A stretch of 63,918 nucleotides of DNA, filler included, from Candidatus Fermentibacterota bacterium (GTDB lineage: Bacteria > JAFGKV01), in NCBI GenBank assembly GCA_016928395.1. It is 7 parts of 7 records of this genome, joined end to end, with 100 filler letters (N's around TTAATTAATTAA, not from the genome) between each part and the next. Parts side by side here need not be neighbours in the genome. Positions count along the whole stretch, not along the records: positions 1 to 13,001 come from JAFGKV010000024.1; positions 13,102 to 25,199 come from JAFGKV010000181.1; 5 more parts are not named here. One strand, given 5' to 3'. The translations under genes and the position numbers were made by a program. The notes below the pieces were generated by a model. It was given only the letters and a program-made list of their open reading frames with translations, did not search any database and was not told where the DNA came from. Of this stretch, positions 8,568-18,851 are shown piece by piece (position 1 is the first letter of the stretch; each line of letters begins with the position of its first letter).

Positions 8568-11500
8568 ATGCAGAGAAGCTTTCGATGGGTGGCATGGGCC
8601 ACCGTGGTCGCGTGTGTGTGTTCTGGCGCCGTGCCGTCGATGGCTCAGGACAGTTCGCCTGGCGAAGACTATTCCCAGGGACTTCTTGATCGGGACGCGG
8701 TCATCGAAGCTTCCCGGGAGGTGACACCGGAGCGATTCCCCAATGCTGATGATGTGCTGGTGGATGATCATGTTCGCGTGCGGTACCGGGCCGACGGCAC
8801 CTATGTCACATGGGATGATACGTATCTGAAGGTTCTCACCGAGAAGGGGAAACGGAAGAACCAGACGCTTTCCGTCCATTTCACTATTCCCTACTCCAGG
8901 TACGATGACGAGGAGAAGGACGTCGCGATAACGGTCTTGGAACTGATCAAGCCCGACGGAACCCTTGTTCCCGTTGATGTCGAAGAGCTCAGCCGTGTCA
9001 TGATCGATCCGAGCGGCATGGGATCGAACATCTATAATCCCAACAGCAAGATCCTTCAAGCCACCATCCCCGGTCTCGATATCGGAGATATGGTTCACTA
9101 TGTCACGCATCGAAAGGTGCGCCAACCGCGTGTCCGAGATGTGTGGGCTGATTTGAATGTGTTTGAGTATACGAGTCCTCTGAAGCATCTGATCTACGAA
9201 GTCTTCGGACCACGAGACGCGCCTTTGCGCAGTAGTGCGCTCAAGGATGAGATCCCCGGTACGGTGACCTACACGATGAGTGAACGTGACGATCAGCTCG
9301 TGTATCGCTGGGAAGTGCGGGATGTTCCCCGCATGTTCGAGGAGCCGAGCATGCCTGGACTCACCGAGGTGGTGCAGCGTCTCCTCGTAAGCACTGCGCC
9401 GGATTGGGAGACCATCTCCCGCTGGTACTGGGAACTCTCCGAACCCCACTACGACACGACGCCGGCAATGGAGCGGAAGGTCGCGGAACTGACCACGGGG
9501 CTTTCCGAGCCTCAGGCGCGAATCGAGGCACTCTTCAGATGGGTCTCACAGGAAGTACGCTATATGGGAATCACTACGGAGGCCGGGGCGCCCGGCTACG
9601 AACCCCATGATGTGGCGGAGACCTTCACGCAGCGCCATGGAGTGTGCCGTGACAAGGCCGCGCTGCTGGTGGCACTGCTCCGATTGGACGGCTTCAAAGC
9701 CTGGCCGGTGCTGATCATGCAAGGACCTACCAAGAAGGATTCGGAAGTTCCGCTGCCGTGGTTCAACCATGCCATCGTCTGTGTGGAGAAGGATGACGGC
9801 TCCTACATGTTGATGGATCCCACTGATGAGAGTACAAAGGAGATTCTCCCGCCCTACCTCAATGACAAGAGCTATCTGGTTGCCAAGCCCGAAGGCGAGA
9901 CGCTCCGGACCTCACCCATTGTGCCGGCTGAAGAGAATCTCATGCGGATCTCGACCACCGGGGTCATCGATGCCGCGGGGAAGCTTACCGCTGAGAGCAG
10001 TTTTCAGTTCGAAGGCATCAATGACAATGGCTATCGAGGCTACTTCGCCCAGATCGCCCCGGAACAACGGCGTCAGTACTTCGAGGCTGCGCTGAAGAAC
10101 GTGATCTCAGGCGCTCTGATCACCGATCTTTCGATCCTGCCGGACAATATGCTCGACACCTCGAGGCCGCTTCAGGTGACCATGTCGTACGAGGCCGAGG
10201 ACGTCCTGGTTTCCGGTGACCACTCGGTGATGCTCCCGGTGCCGCGGCTTGGCACCCGCGTCGGCTGGACCAGTTTCGTGCTTCGCGGGAACACCGGTCT
10301 TGAGAAGCGGGAGTACCCGCTGAAGACCACCATCGCCTGTGGCGTGGAAGAAACGATCCGGCTCGATTTGCCTCCTTCTCTGGGCGAGGTCGTGGCCATG
10401 CCCAGGTATCCACAGATAGACAACGACGCCATCTCCTGGATGCAACGCGATGAACTGAGCGCAGATGCTGCCGTACTTACGGGCGCCACGAGATTCCTGC
10501 TGAAGGCGGTGGAATTCAGCCCGGAGCAGTATCTCACCCTCAAACAGGCATTGAAGGAGCGGGATAGGAGTGGCTACAAGATGCCGATCTTTGCCCGGGC
10601 AGAGGACGAGACAGGCGCCCTGAGTGCGGCATCGTACAACACCGCGGACCATGAGATTCTAATCATCGAGCAGTGCACGGAATACGACGTACGAGATGCC
10701 CACAACTGGACCCACACCGTGACTGTCACGAAGAAGATCCTGAGCTATGCGGGCAAGAAGAAGAACTCAGAGCTGAAGATTCACTACAATCCCGCGTGGG
10801 AGGAAGTAGTCCTGGAGTATGGCCGGGTCATCGCCCCTGACGGTTCCGTGCAGGAGATCCGAACCGAGGAGCAGAATGTCATGGATGCCCCGTGGGTCGG
10901 AAGCGCGCCGCGTTATCCCGCATCGAAGATCCTGGTGGCCAGCCTTCCCGGCGTGGAGATCGGTAGCACCATAGAATACCGGGTGGTCACCCGGTGCATC
11001 GATCATCCCTTTTTCGCGGCGCGTGTCGGGCTTTCGGGCATGGATCCCGCGGGAAAGCTGGAAGTGATGGTCAGCTATCCTTCGGAGCTCGACATTGATG
11101 CTGATCTGGATACTAACGGCTTCGCGTATGCCGAGGGTGTCGGCATCCCGGCGCCCGAGGTGCGAGAGGAGCATCGTACCCAGGGCGACAGGAGCATCCG
11201 TCGATGGACGATTCTGCAACCCGACGTGATCAAACGAGAAGACTCGGTTCCGCCCTTGGATGCCTTCATTCCGACGGTCACGGCCCATGCCGGCGAGTGG
11301 CGTGCATACGGGAATCTGGTCAGGGATGTTCTCGTCTCCAATGCGAGAGGCCAGCGTGCCGCAGGGCAACGTGCCAAGGACCTGGTGCGCGGGCTCAAGA
11401 CGCCTGAGCTGAAACTCAGGACCATCCGGGATTTCGTTGCCCGGAACATACGGGAGGCAGGTCCCCGGCTCGATGAGATACCCCTGACCGGACTGAGCAA

Positions 11501-12539
11501 AGCCGATGTGACGCTGCAAGAGGGCTATGGCAACAGCGCCGATCGCGCGACGCTCCTCTACGCCATGCTGGCTGAGGGGGAATTCGATCCGGAGTTCGTT
11601 CTGACCAGCTCCCGGGTTTCCAGAGTTCGGTCTCTCCAGGAGGCGGTCAGGGAAGACCCTGATGCCCGGTGGTTCGACGAGGTGCTTGTCCGCGTCGCAG
11701 TGAACGGCAAGTACACCTACTTCAACGACTCGGATCAGTACGCGGTGCTTGGCGCCACCCCACACGAAGAACGCGTGGGCCTGGTCACACACGACGGAGA
11801 GTTCATCCGGATCCTCAGCAGAGCCGGCAGAGAGGACAAGGAGGAGCTCGTCACCATTGTCCATCTTGCAGAGTCCGGTGATGCCACGATCAGGAAGATC
11901 CGGCGCGTGTACGGGAGCAGCTACGCAGCAGCACATAAGAAGTATGCAGAGATGCCGCCTGAGGAGCGGGCACGGCATCATCAGGGATTGCTGACCTCTC
12001 TTGCCGAAGGAGCCCTGGCTGAGGGGGGCCTCATCACTGACTTCGATACGTATCCAGGCAGGGTGGAGTTCTCGGCCCGGGTAACGCAATTTGGCGTCAG
12101 GGATGGGGATTTCCTCTACTTCCAGTTGCCCGAGAGCCTTGACAGGCTCATGAGGCTGCGCGGGGATGCCCGGGAAACCCCCTACTACCGGGACACCCAT
12201 ACTCGTCAGAGAATCGTAACCGTCGTGGTTTTGCCGGATGAGTTCACAACCATCGAGCTTCGGCCGGCTGATCTTCTGTGGGTCGCACCGCAGAATTCGG
12301 GCGCAGTCGAGGTAAGCACGGGGCAATGGGTGGGGGATACTGCGATCCCCCCCGAGCTCGTCGGGCTTGAGATGGATCTCTCCGGCATCGAGGGCCGTGC
12401 GTTCTGGGTGGTGCACGACGCGGATCTTGAGGCCGCACTGATTGATGCTGCGGACTATCCTGAGCTGCTGGAGATCATGCGCCGGCTGAGCTGTCCGGCT
12501 GCGCGCACCGTGTTGCTCTCAGAGTCGCCGAGAGGATAG
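8568..12539 (+). CDS. Secreted protein with two DUF3857 + transglutaminase-like modules
   Basis: SD AAGGAG and signal peptide. Module 1: GVCRDKA/FNHAI/MDPT (Cys-His-Asp). Module 2: GNSADRA/FDEVL. Confidence 0.85.
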   Translation: MQRSFRWVAWATVVACVCSGAVPSMAQDSSPGEDYSQGLLDRDAVIEASREVTPERFPNADDVLVDDHVRVRYRADGTYVTWDDTYLKVLTEKGKRKNQTLSVHFTIPYSRYDDEEKDVAITVLELIKPDGTLVPVDVEELSRVMIDPSGMGSNIYNPNSKILQATIPGLDIGDMVHYVTHRKVRQPRVRDVWADLNVFEYTSPLKHLIYEVFGPRDAPLRSSALKDEIPGTVTYTMSERDDQLVYRWEVRDVPRMFEEPSMPGLTEVVQRLLVSTAPDWETISRWYWELSEPHYDTTPAMERKVAELTTGLSEPQARIEALFRWVSQEVRYMGITTEAGAPGYEPHDVAETFTQRHGVCRDKAALLVALLRLDGFKAWPVLIMQGPTKKDSEVPLPWFNHAIVCVEKDDGSYMLMDPTDESTKEILPPYLNDKSYLVAKPEGETLRTSPIVPAEENLMRISTTGVIDAAGKLTAESSFQFEGINDNGYRGYFAQIAPEQRRQYFEAALKNVISGALITDLSILPDNMLDTSRPLQVTMSYEAEDVLVSGDHSVMLPVPRLGTRVGWTSFVLRGNTGLEKREYPLKTTIACGVEETIRLDLPPSLGEVVAMPRYPQIDNDAISWMQRDELSADAAVLTGATRFLLKAVEFSPEQYLTLKQALKERDRSGYKMPIFARAEDETGALSAASYNTADHEILIIEQCTEYDVRDAHNWTHTVTVTKKILSYAGKKKNSELKIHYNPAWEEVVLEYGRVIAPDGSVQEIRTEEQNVMDAPWVGSAPRYPASKILVASLPGVEIGSTIEYRVVTRCIDHPFFAARVGLSGMDPAGKLEVMVSYPSELDIDADLDTNGFAYAEGVGIPAPEVREEHRTQGDRSIRRWTILQPDVIKREDSVPPLDAFIPTVTAHAGEWRAYGNLVRDVLVSNARGQRAAGQRAKDLVRGLKTPELKLRTIRDFVARNIREAGPRLDEIPLTGLSKADVTLQEGYGNSADRATLLYAMLAEGEFDPEFVLTSSRVSRVRSLQEAVREDPDARWFDEVLVRVAVNGKYTYFNDSDQYAVLGATPHEERVGLVTHDGEFIRILSRAGREDKEELVTIVHLAESGDATIRKIRRVYGSSYAAAHKKYAEMPPEERARHHQGLLTSLAEGALAEGGLITDFDTYPGRVEFSARVTQFGVRDGDFLYFQLPESLDRLMRLRGDARETPYYRDTHTRQRIVTVVVLPDEFTTIELRPADLLWVAPQNSGAVEVSTGQWVGDTAIPPELVGLEMDLSGIEGRAFWVVHDADLEAALIDAADYPELLEIMRRLSCPAARTVLLSESPRG

Positions 12540-12631
12540 CCTCTTTTCGAACTCAAGGCGGGCGAGGGCGGGATGCGGCGAGGCACGGTCGCTGGTGGCG
12601 CTGGTGGTGCAGAATGCCTGGTCCGGAACCA

Positions 12632-12734
12632 TTCGATCCGCAGGATGAACTGGCCGCCGTGTTTACGGGCGAATGCGTAGTTGAACAGGGCGGCGTATGC
12701 CGTGCCCGCGGGGGGCGGGGGACGGCGCAATCAT
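12632..12734 (-). pseudogene. gltX: Fragment of the glutamyl-tRNA synthetase N-terminus
   Basis: IAPSP, then a frameshifted and deleted HIGH region, then [25 protein letters not shown]. Confidence 0.7.
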
Positions 12735-12739
12735 AGCCC

Positions 12740-12776
12740 GTAGGAGCGTCGCGTGGTCCCGCACCTGAAGATGCGG
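12740..12776. repeat. Degenerate GTAG-type REP with mini-hairpin insert
   Basis: GTAGGAGCG..TGGTCCCGCACC....GATGCGG, similar to 46571-46610. Confidence 0.55.
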
Positions 12777-13001
12777 CAAGAGGCGCGCCTCGGAGACGGG
12801 CATGGGATGTAGGGGCGCCCACGCTGCTCGCACGTAACGCTTCAGCGCACAGAAGAGAGGCGAAAGAGGGATCACGACACGAGGGAATCATAAGAACCAC
12901 CGAGCCTCACGGCACTATTCTGCTTCGTAAATACGTGAACAGCCGGTGCTCCCGACGCTCCTCGATGGCTTGCAGTGCAAGCTGCAGCGCCATTTTCATC
13001 C

Positions 13002-13101
13002 NNNNNNNNNNNNNNNNNNNNNNNNNNNNNNNNNNNNNNNNNNNNTTAATTAATTAANNNNNNNNNNNNNNNNNNNNNNNNNNNNNNNNNNNNNNNNNNN
13101 N
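13002..13101. other. Artificial contig spacer
   Basis: N run containing TTAATTAATTAA. Confidence 0.99.
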
Positions 13102-13253
13102 TCAGTTCCATCGGTGGATGCGTCGTCTACCACAACAATCTCCTTGGGCACCCCCGCGTTCTGGGCGATAACCCGTTCCAACACCGTCGCGACGGTGGTT
13201 CGCTCATTGTAGACGGGTATTACCACCGAGAGCAGGCGGCCGGGATCTTCCAT
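13102..13253 (-). CDS. Glycosyltransferase family 2, N-terminus (truncated by contig end)
   Basis: [23 protein letters not shown]. Confidence 0.9.
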
Positions 13254-13265
13254 GCCCGCGTTCCC

Positions 13266-14606
13266 CTACGGCCTCCCAATGGAGAAGTACTCGAATCCGA
13301 TGGCGCGCATCGCAGCGGGATCCAGCATGTTGCGGGCATCCACGAGAATCGGGTAGTTCATACTGCCTTTCACGCGCTCCATGTCGAGGCGCGTGAACGC
13401 GGACCACTCCGTCATGACCAGGAGCGTGTCGGCATCGCGGGCTACGGCGTAGGGATCATCGCAGAACTCCACATCCTCCAGGTAATGGGCGGCCTCGGGG
13501 ATGGCGTGGGGATCATAGGCACGAACATGCGCGCCGTCGGCCTGCAGCGCCTTGATGATGTCCACCGAGGGGGCTTCCCGCATGTCATCCGTGTCTGGCT
13601 TGAAGGAGAGCCCCAGCACGCCGATGGTCTTTCCTCGAATGATCCACAGCGCCTTCTTGATCTTCTGGACCACCATGCGCCGCTGCTCCTGGTTGATGCG
13701 GCCGACTTCATCCAGCAGCTTGAACTCGTAACCCAAACTGGCGGATATCTTCCGGAAGGCGGCGACATCCTTGGGGAAGCAGCTTCCGCCATACCCGGCG
13801 CCGGCGTGAAGGAACTCCGGCCCGATCCGGCGGTCATAGCCCATGCCTTTGGCTACCATTGTCACATCCGCACCGGATAACTCACACACCGCGGCCACGG
13901 CATTTATGAAACTGATCTTCATGGCCAGGAAGCTATTGGATGCATGCTTGATGAGCTCGGCACTCCTGACATCGGTCACCACAAACGGTGCCGGGCCGTC
14001 TTCGGCCAATGAGAAGGTACAGCCGGGGAACGAACGGCTGATGATTGGCTGGTATAACTCCTGCATGATCTCCGCCGCCCGGGGGCTGCCGGCGCCCACA
14101 ACGATACGGTCAGGATACATGAAGTCGAAAATGGCCGCACCTTCTCTGAGGAACTCGGGATTGCTCACCACGTCAAACTCGACATTCTGTCGGTTGTTCA
14201 GTCGAATGGTCCGCTCCACCCACTGGCCTGTCTGCACGGGCACAGTGCTCTTCTCGCTGATCACGCGATACCCATCCATGTGGCGAGCCACTTCCCGGGC
14301 CACGGCCTCGATATAGCTAAGGTCCGCCTCGCCATCGGGTTTCGGGGGCGTGCCGACCGCCACGAAGATCACCAACCCATGGCGGACGCCCTCCTCCATG
14401 GATGTCGTCACCCTCAGGCGCCCGTTCTGCATGTTTCGTGCGACGAGTTCCGGGAGGCCCGGCTCGTAGATCGGCATGACCCCTTTGGTGATCATCTCGA
14501 TCTTGCGCTCGTCATTGTCGACACAGACCACATCGTTGCCTATCTCGGCGAGACATGCGCCGGTGACAAGTCCGACATGTCCCGCGCCTACGATGGTAAC
14601 ATTCAT
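13266..14606 (-). CDS. ugd: UDP-glucose 6-dehydrogenase
   Basis: GAGHVG, AVGTP, KSTVP, NPEFLREG, GYGGSCFPKD, FKPDTDDMRE. Confidence 0.95.
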   Translation of the reverse strand: MNVTIVGAGHVGLVTGACLAEIGNDVVCVDNDERKIEMITKGVMPIYEPGLPELVARNMQNGRLRVTTSMEEGVRHGLVIFVAVGTPPKPDGEADLSYIEAVAREVARHMDGYRVISEKSTVPVQTGQWVERTIRLNNRQNVEFDVVSNPEFLREGAAIFDFMYPDRIVVGAGSPRAAEIMQELYQPIISRSFPGCTFSLAEDGPAPFVVTDVRSAELIKHASNSFLAMKISFINAVAAVCELSGADVTMVAKGMGYDRRIGPEFLHAGAGYGGSCFPKDVAAFRKISASLGYEFKLLDEVGRINQEQRRMVVQKIKKALWIIRGKTIGVLGLSFKPDTDDMREAPSVDIIKALQADGAHVRAYDPHAIPEAAHYLEDVEFCDDPYAVARDADTLLVMTEWSAFTRLDMERVKGSMNYPILVDARNMLDPAAMRAIGFEYFSIGRP

Positions 14607-14865
14607 ACCCACTCCTCTGAATCCTGTCGCTGCGCCCATCAGCGCGCGCAATGTCGTACTACTGAACCATCCCGTGATGGCCACCAACCGTGCCGTTTGG
14701 CTTGTGGAAGCCTCCGTTGCACGCCGTCGGTTGACAGCCGGGGCCACACTGGGCAGGTTGGCCTCGAACGGCTTGATCCACGGAAGGGATACCGCGTTGA
14801 CTCGAAGCCCCTCAGGTAAGCCGGTCGCGTCTCGTGCGTCAAGGATATGACCTAATCCCCGTCGA

Positions 14866-14881
14866 TGTTTCACGTGAAACA
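14866..14881. promoter_or_regulatory. parS: parS centromere-like site
   Basis: Perfect TGTTTCACGTGAAACA palindrome 30 bp upstream of parA. Confidence 0.95.
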
Positions 14882-14911
14882 CTCCGGGCATCGACGGCCG
14901 GGAGAGCCTAC

Positions 14912-15712
14912 GTGGGCACAACACTGGCGATGGCAAACCAGAAGGGGGGCGTTGGCAAGACGACGACCGCCGTGAACCTTGGCGCGTCCCTTGCCATGCT
15001 CGGCAAGCGCGTGCTCCTCATCGATGTCGATCCGCAGGCCAACAGCACCAGCGGTGTGGGCATCCGCCTCCGTGATGACGAGGCCTCGACCTACGAATGC
15101 CTTCTGACCCATGGCGACCCTGCCGCGGCTGTTCGCTCGACCGCAATACCCGGCTTGGCCGTTCTGCCCGCTCACTCCCGTCTGGTAGGCGCCGAAGTGG
15201 AGCTGGTGGGAGAACGGAGCAGAGAATACCGTCTCCAACGCGCCGTAGCTGCCATAGGCGGAGCCTATGACTTCCTGCTCATCGATTGCCCTCCCTCGTT
15301 AGGGCTGTTAACCCTCAACGCTCTTGTGGCGGCCGATGCCGTCTTGGTCCCCATCCAATGCGAGTACTACGCACTGGAAGGCCTGACCAGCCTGCTGTCC
15401 ACCATCAAGGCTGTCAGGAAGGGGCTGAACCCCGCCTTGGCGATTTTTGGTGTCTTGCTGACCATGTACGACCGCCGCGTTCGCCTCACGGCCCAGATCG
15501 AAGAGGAGATCCGAGGGTACTTCGCCTCCTTGGTGTTTGCGACCGCCATACCCCGGAATGTGAAACTCAGCGAAGCGCCAAGCTTCGGAAAACCCATCGT
15601 GCTCTATGACCTCCTCTCCAAGGGGGCCGAAAGCTACCTGTCATTGGCAAGGGAGGTAATCGCCCGTGGCGAGAAAGGTGCTCGGTCAGGGACTCAGGGC
15701 GCTTATCCCTGA
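14912..15712 (+). CDS. parA: Chromosome partitioning ATPase ParA/Soj
   Basis: NQKGGVGKTTT, DPQAN, IDCPPSLG, QCEYYALEG, LSEAPSFG; GTG start inferred. Confidence 0.95.
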   Translation: MGTTLAMANQKGGVGKTTTAVNLGASLAMLGKRVLLIDVDPQANSTSGVGIRLRDDEASTYECLLTHGDPAAAVRSTAIPGLAVLPAHSRLVGAEVELVGERSREYRLQRAVAAIGGAYDFLLIDCPPSLGLLTLNALVAADAVLVPIQCEYYALEGLTSLLSTIKAVRKGLNPALAIFGVLLTMYDRRVRLTAQIEEEIRGYFASLVFATAIPRNVKLSEAPSFGKPIVLYDLLSKGAESYLSLAREVIARGEKGARSGTQGAYP

Positions 15713-16517
15713 GGATTCCCAGCTGCCCGCGGCTCAAGGTGCGGCCCAGGCGCTGGCTCTTATTCCGCTTGACAGAATCGCACCAAACCCTGCTCAGCCT
15801 CGGCAGCGTTTTGACGATGAACGTATCGAGGAGTTGGCGCAATCGATCCGGGAGCAGGGCATCCTGCAGCCCATCGTGGTGCGCCGCGCCCACGGGTCCT
15901 TCGAGGTGGTGGTGGGGGAGCGGCGTGTCCGGGCGGCCCGCATCGCCGGCCTTGCCACCATCCCGGCCGTCGTTCGCGATGGCATCGAAGGAGATGACCT
16001 CCTTGCCCTGGCTCTGATCGAAAACATCCAGCGGGAGGACCTCGACCCCATCGAGGAGGCGCACGCCTTTCGCGACCTGATACGCCGCGGCAAGCTAACC
16101 CAGCAGCAGGTGGCCGCGAAGGTTGCCAAGAGCCGCGAGGCCGTGGCCAATACCCTGCGCCTCTTGAACCTTCCCCGCGACGTGCAGCAGCTCGTGGCCG
16201 ACGGATCCTTGAGTCCGGGCCATGCCCGGGCGGTCTTGGCCGCTCCGCCGTCGCTCCAGCATGAGCTGGCCCGGAGTGTCGTGGAGAAATCCCTCTCAGT
16301 CCGTCAGGCGGAACGACACGCTAAGACCCTTGCCCAACCGCGCAAGAAACCCCCACGCGATCCTGATGTGGCGGCCTTGGAGATGGAGTTGGAGGAGCTT
16401 CTGGCCGCTCGGGTTCGGCTCTCCTACGGGGGGAAGACCGGCCGGATCGAGGTGCGCTTCGGGTCGTTGGATGAACTGGACCGAATTGTTGATCTGCTAC
16501 GCCGTGCCCGGCGGTAG
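15666..16517 (+). CDS. parB: Chromosome partitioning protein ParB/Spo0J
   Basis: LGQGLRALI, NPAQPRQRF, GERRVRA, ENIQREDL, KSREAVANTLRLL. Confidence 0.95.
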   Translation: MARKVLGQGLRALIPEDSQLPAAQGAAQALALIPLDRIAPNPAQPRQRFDDERIEELAQSIREQGILQPIVVRRAHGSFEVVVGERRVRAARIAGLATIPAVVRDGIEGDDLLALALIENIQREDLDPIEEAHAFRDLIRRGKLTQQQVAAKVAKSREAVANTLRLLNLPRDVQQLVADGSLSPGHARAVLAAPPSLQHELARSVVEKSLSVRQAERHAKTLAQPRKKPPRDPDVAALEMELEELLAARVRLSYGGKTGRIEVRFGSLDELDRIVDLLRRARR

Positions 16518-16637
16518 CGGACGCCCGCGTTTCCATACGCAACCCGGGTCGTGCGGTTCGACGTTCAGTCGGGCCTCTGAGGGCGCGGGGCGCACTCAGA
16601 TTCTTGGAGGATGAGAGTACGGCGCGGCGGCTTCTCT

Positions 16638-16721
16638 GTAGGAGCCCCGCATCCAGCGGTGCGGGGGCACCCGGCTTCAGCCGCAACACGCCACCCCTGT
16701 CGGGCCTGAAGGCCCTCCTAC
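16638..16721. repeat. GTAG-type REP doublet (REPIN-like) with inserted 22-bp hairpin
   Basis: GTAGGAGC[CCCGCATCCAGCGGTGCGGGG..]CGGCTTCAGCCGC ... GGGCCTGAAGGCCCTCCTAC. Confidence 0.75.
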
Positions 16722-16760
16722 TCTGTCCGTGCTCGCCCCTCGTCGCCCACCGGCGAGAGA

Positions 16761-16855
16761 GCTCGGGGTCGCTATCGGTGTCGTAATCGTAATCGCAGTC
16801 GACGAGCTGGGGTAGTCGAGCGCGTCTACGAGCTTTGCATGTTCTCTCACACAAG
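16761..16855. repeat. Dispersed ~100-bp intergenic element (inverted copy at 39106-39223)
   Basis: 27-bp exact core CGAGCTTTGCATGTTCTCTCACACAAG plus a hexamer array (TATCGG/AATCGT). Confidence 0.85.
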
Positions 16856-16907
16856 TCGTCGGTCAAGGGATGGTGACAATCGCCAAGCCGCGGGGAGAAC
16901 CGGCTGC

Positions 16908-17732
16908 CTAGTCCCGGCGTGATTCCCTCCCATGCCACTGAGAGACCAGCTCATCCTCCGCGCCGTCTTCCGCCATGGCAAGCCGGGTCAGGGCGAAGTC
17001 ATAGCGAACAGGATCATCCGGTCGCACTGCCCTGAATGCCCCCGTGACCTCCAATGCGGCGGCCCCGTCGGCGCAGGAGCGGAGCGTGAGCCCCAACCTC
17101 GTTGCCACACGGAACATGTGGGTGTCCATGGGCACCACGAGGCGCCACGCTCCCACGTCTTCCCAGCCTCCAGGGTCGACATCGTCATGCCGGACGAGCC
17201 AACGAAGGAACAGGTGGAGGCGCTTGCATGCGCTGCCGAGCATGGGTGACGCCAGCAGGCTGGTCGCGTGGCCCTGAGGGTTGAGCTCCGTGACAAACCG
17301 CTTCAACGCATCGAGGGTTGTCGTGTCTCTCTGCTGCAACCCCGCCATCATGCACTCCTTCAGCGAGCCGTAGCGATGCACGACACCTCGTATGCCCTGC
17401 AGCAGGGCGACCACCTCGTCGCTGGTGGTGAACCGATGCCGGAACCCTCTCAGCGTACGGGCGAGCTGGTCCAGGTCTCCGCGGGACGCCATCTCCTGAG
17501 GATGGGGCATGCCGGCGAGAACGCGGGACACACTACGGGCGATCTGGATGACCCGGCCATAGGCGAGCCCCGATGAGATGAGAGCAACGATTTCTCGATC
17601 CAGCGGGTTCTCGTAGCCATACAGAAATGACACCGGATCGGTGCGGGCAAGCGTTCGTCGGTTCAGGTCGGAATACAGGCGATCCAACAGGGTGCGCCTG
17701 AGAAGTTCCCGGGGTACCGGAGCGGGAGTCAT
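16908..17732 (-). CDS. TIGR02757/DUF2400 family protein
   Basis: DPVSFLYGY..DREIVALISSGLAYG; SACKRLHLFLRWLVR; VPMDTH; DDPVRYDFAL. Confidence 0.9.
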   Translation of the reverse strand: MTPAPVPRELLRRTLLDRLYSDLNRRTLARTDPVSFLYGYENPLDREIVALISSGLAYGRVIQIARSVSRVLAGMPHPQEMASRGDLDQLARTLRGFRHRFTTSDEVVALLQGIRGVVHRYGSLKECMMAGLQQRDTTTLDALKRFVTELNPQGHATSLLASPMLGSACKRLHLFLRWLVRHDDVDPGGWEDVGAWRLVVPMDTHMFRVATRLGLTLRSCADGAAALEVTGAFRAVRPDDPVRYDFALTRLAMAEDGAEDELVSQWHGRESRRD

Positions 17733-17771
17733 TCCTGACCGCGAGAGGCCCGGTTGGGAGACCCAAGGGCC

Positions 17772-17809
17772 AAAAGAGAGAAACCTCGCGGGGCGGCGGA
17801 CCGCCCCGC
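17772..17809 (-). terminator. Probable intrinsic terminator after dfx
   Basis: 9-bp GC stem (17788-17809) followed on the minus strand by GAGGTTTCTCTCTTTT. Confidence 0.5.
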
Positions 17810-17817
17810 ACCCGACG

Positions 17818-18192
17818 CTACGCCTTCCAGAGCCCGTGAAGGTTGCAGTACTCCCGCGCAGCCACCGTAGTAGCGACAATGGGAAACACCGCCACCGGCT
17901 CCTCACCCGGATTCAGAAACTGCCGGTAGCTTTTGCCGTCGGCGATCAGCTCGATCCACTCGATGTAGTGCTTCTCCACCATGGGATGGGGCACGCTGCC
18001 CACAGACACCTTGATCCCACCCTCGACCCGTTCAATCATCGGCACGTGCTTTTCCTTGGCCGCATCCGTCGTGTTCTCGGTAAGCAGCTCCATCGGCTCG
18101 CCGCAACACACGAGAGTGCCCTCCCCGCCGTGGAGCACCTCCACGATATTCCCGCACGCCGCGCACTTGTAGACCTCAGATCTCGCTGCCAT
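17818..18192 (-). CDS. dfx: Desulfoferrodoxin (2Fe superoxide reductase)
   Basis: [40 protein letters not shown]. Confidence 0.95.
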   Translation of the reverse strand: MAARSEVYKCAACGNIVEVLHGGEGTLVCCGEPMELLTENTTDAAKEKHVPMIERVEGGIKVSVGSVPHPMVEKHYIEWIELIADGKSYRQFLNPGEEPVAVFPIVATTVAAREYCNLHGLWKA

Positions 18193-18275
18193 GGTAACCT
18201 CCTTGGGATCTCGGCTGCGCTGATGGCTCGGGCGCCCCATACCCGCGCTCGCGCATGCCTCTGTTGATGGATCGC

Positions 18276-18851
18276 CTACCAGTTCTCACCCAGCAGCTCG
18301 AAGTAGCCCTGGGGATGCGCACACGCGGGGCAGAGCTTGGGGGCCTCCGTGCCCGTATGCAGGTAGCCGCAGTTCATACACCGCCACACGACCTGCTGGT
18401 CCCGCTTGAACACGCGGCCATGCTCGATATTGGCGGCCAGATCGACGTAGCGCTTCTCATGTTGCCGCTCGGCGTTGGAGACCGAACGGAAGAGGGCCGC
18501 TATGTCCTTGAACCCCTCCTCTTCGGCCACTGCGGCAAAGCCAGGATACATCTCTGTATGCTCATGGTGTTCCCCAGCCGCTGCCGCCTTCAAGTTCTCC
18601 AGCGTGGTTCCCACCACGCCCGCGGGGAATGCGGCCTGGATCTCGACCTCGCCGCCTTCCAGCATGCTGAAGAAACGCTTGGCGTGCTCCTTTTCCTGGT
18701 TTGCCGTCTCCTCGAAGATGGAGGCGATCTGTTGATAGCCCTCCTTGCGGGCCTTGGAGGCGAAGTACGAATATCTGTTTCGCGCCTGGGATTCCCCCGC
18801 AAACGATACTACGAGGTTGTGCTCAGTTCTTGTTCCCTTGATCTGCCGCAT
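18276..18851 (-). CDS. rbr: Rubrerythrin
   Basis: [18 protein letters not shown]-terminal WRCMNCG..CPACAHP rubredoxin site. Confidence 0.95.
   Translation of the reverse strand: MRQIKGTRTEHNLVVSFAGESQARNRYSYFASKARKEGYQQIASIFEETANQEKEHAKRFFSMLEGGEVEIQAAFPAGVVGTTLENLKAAAAGEHHEHTEMYPGFAAVAEEEGFKDIAALFRSVSNAERQHEKRYVDLAANIEHGRVFKRDQQVVWRCMNCGYLHTGTEAPKLCPACAHPQGYFELLGENW

Noticed and set aside
10767-12416. 549-aa antisense ORF (and similar long shadow ORFs such as 44788-45750 and 47795-48727)
   Set aside because: Opposite well-supported genes in GC-rich DNA, with no recognisable motifs
12907-13001. Possible C-terminal end of a minus-strand gene at the contig end
   Set aside because: About 30 codons, unidentifiable
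16528-16545. Possible second parS after parB
   Set aside because: Too many mismatches to TGTTTCACGTGAAACA and not palindromic
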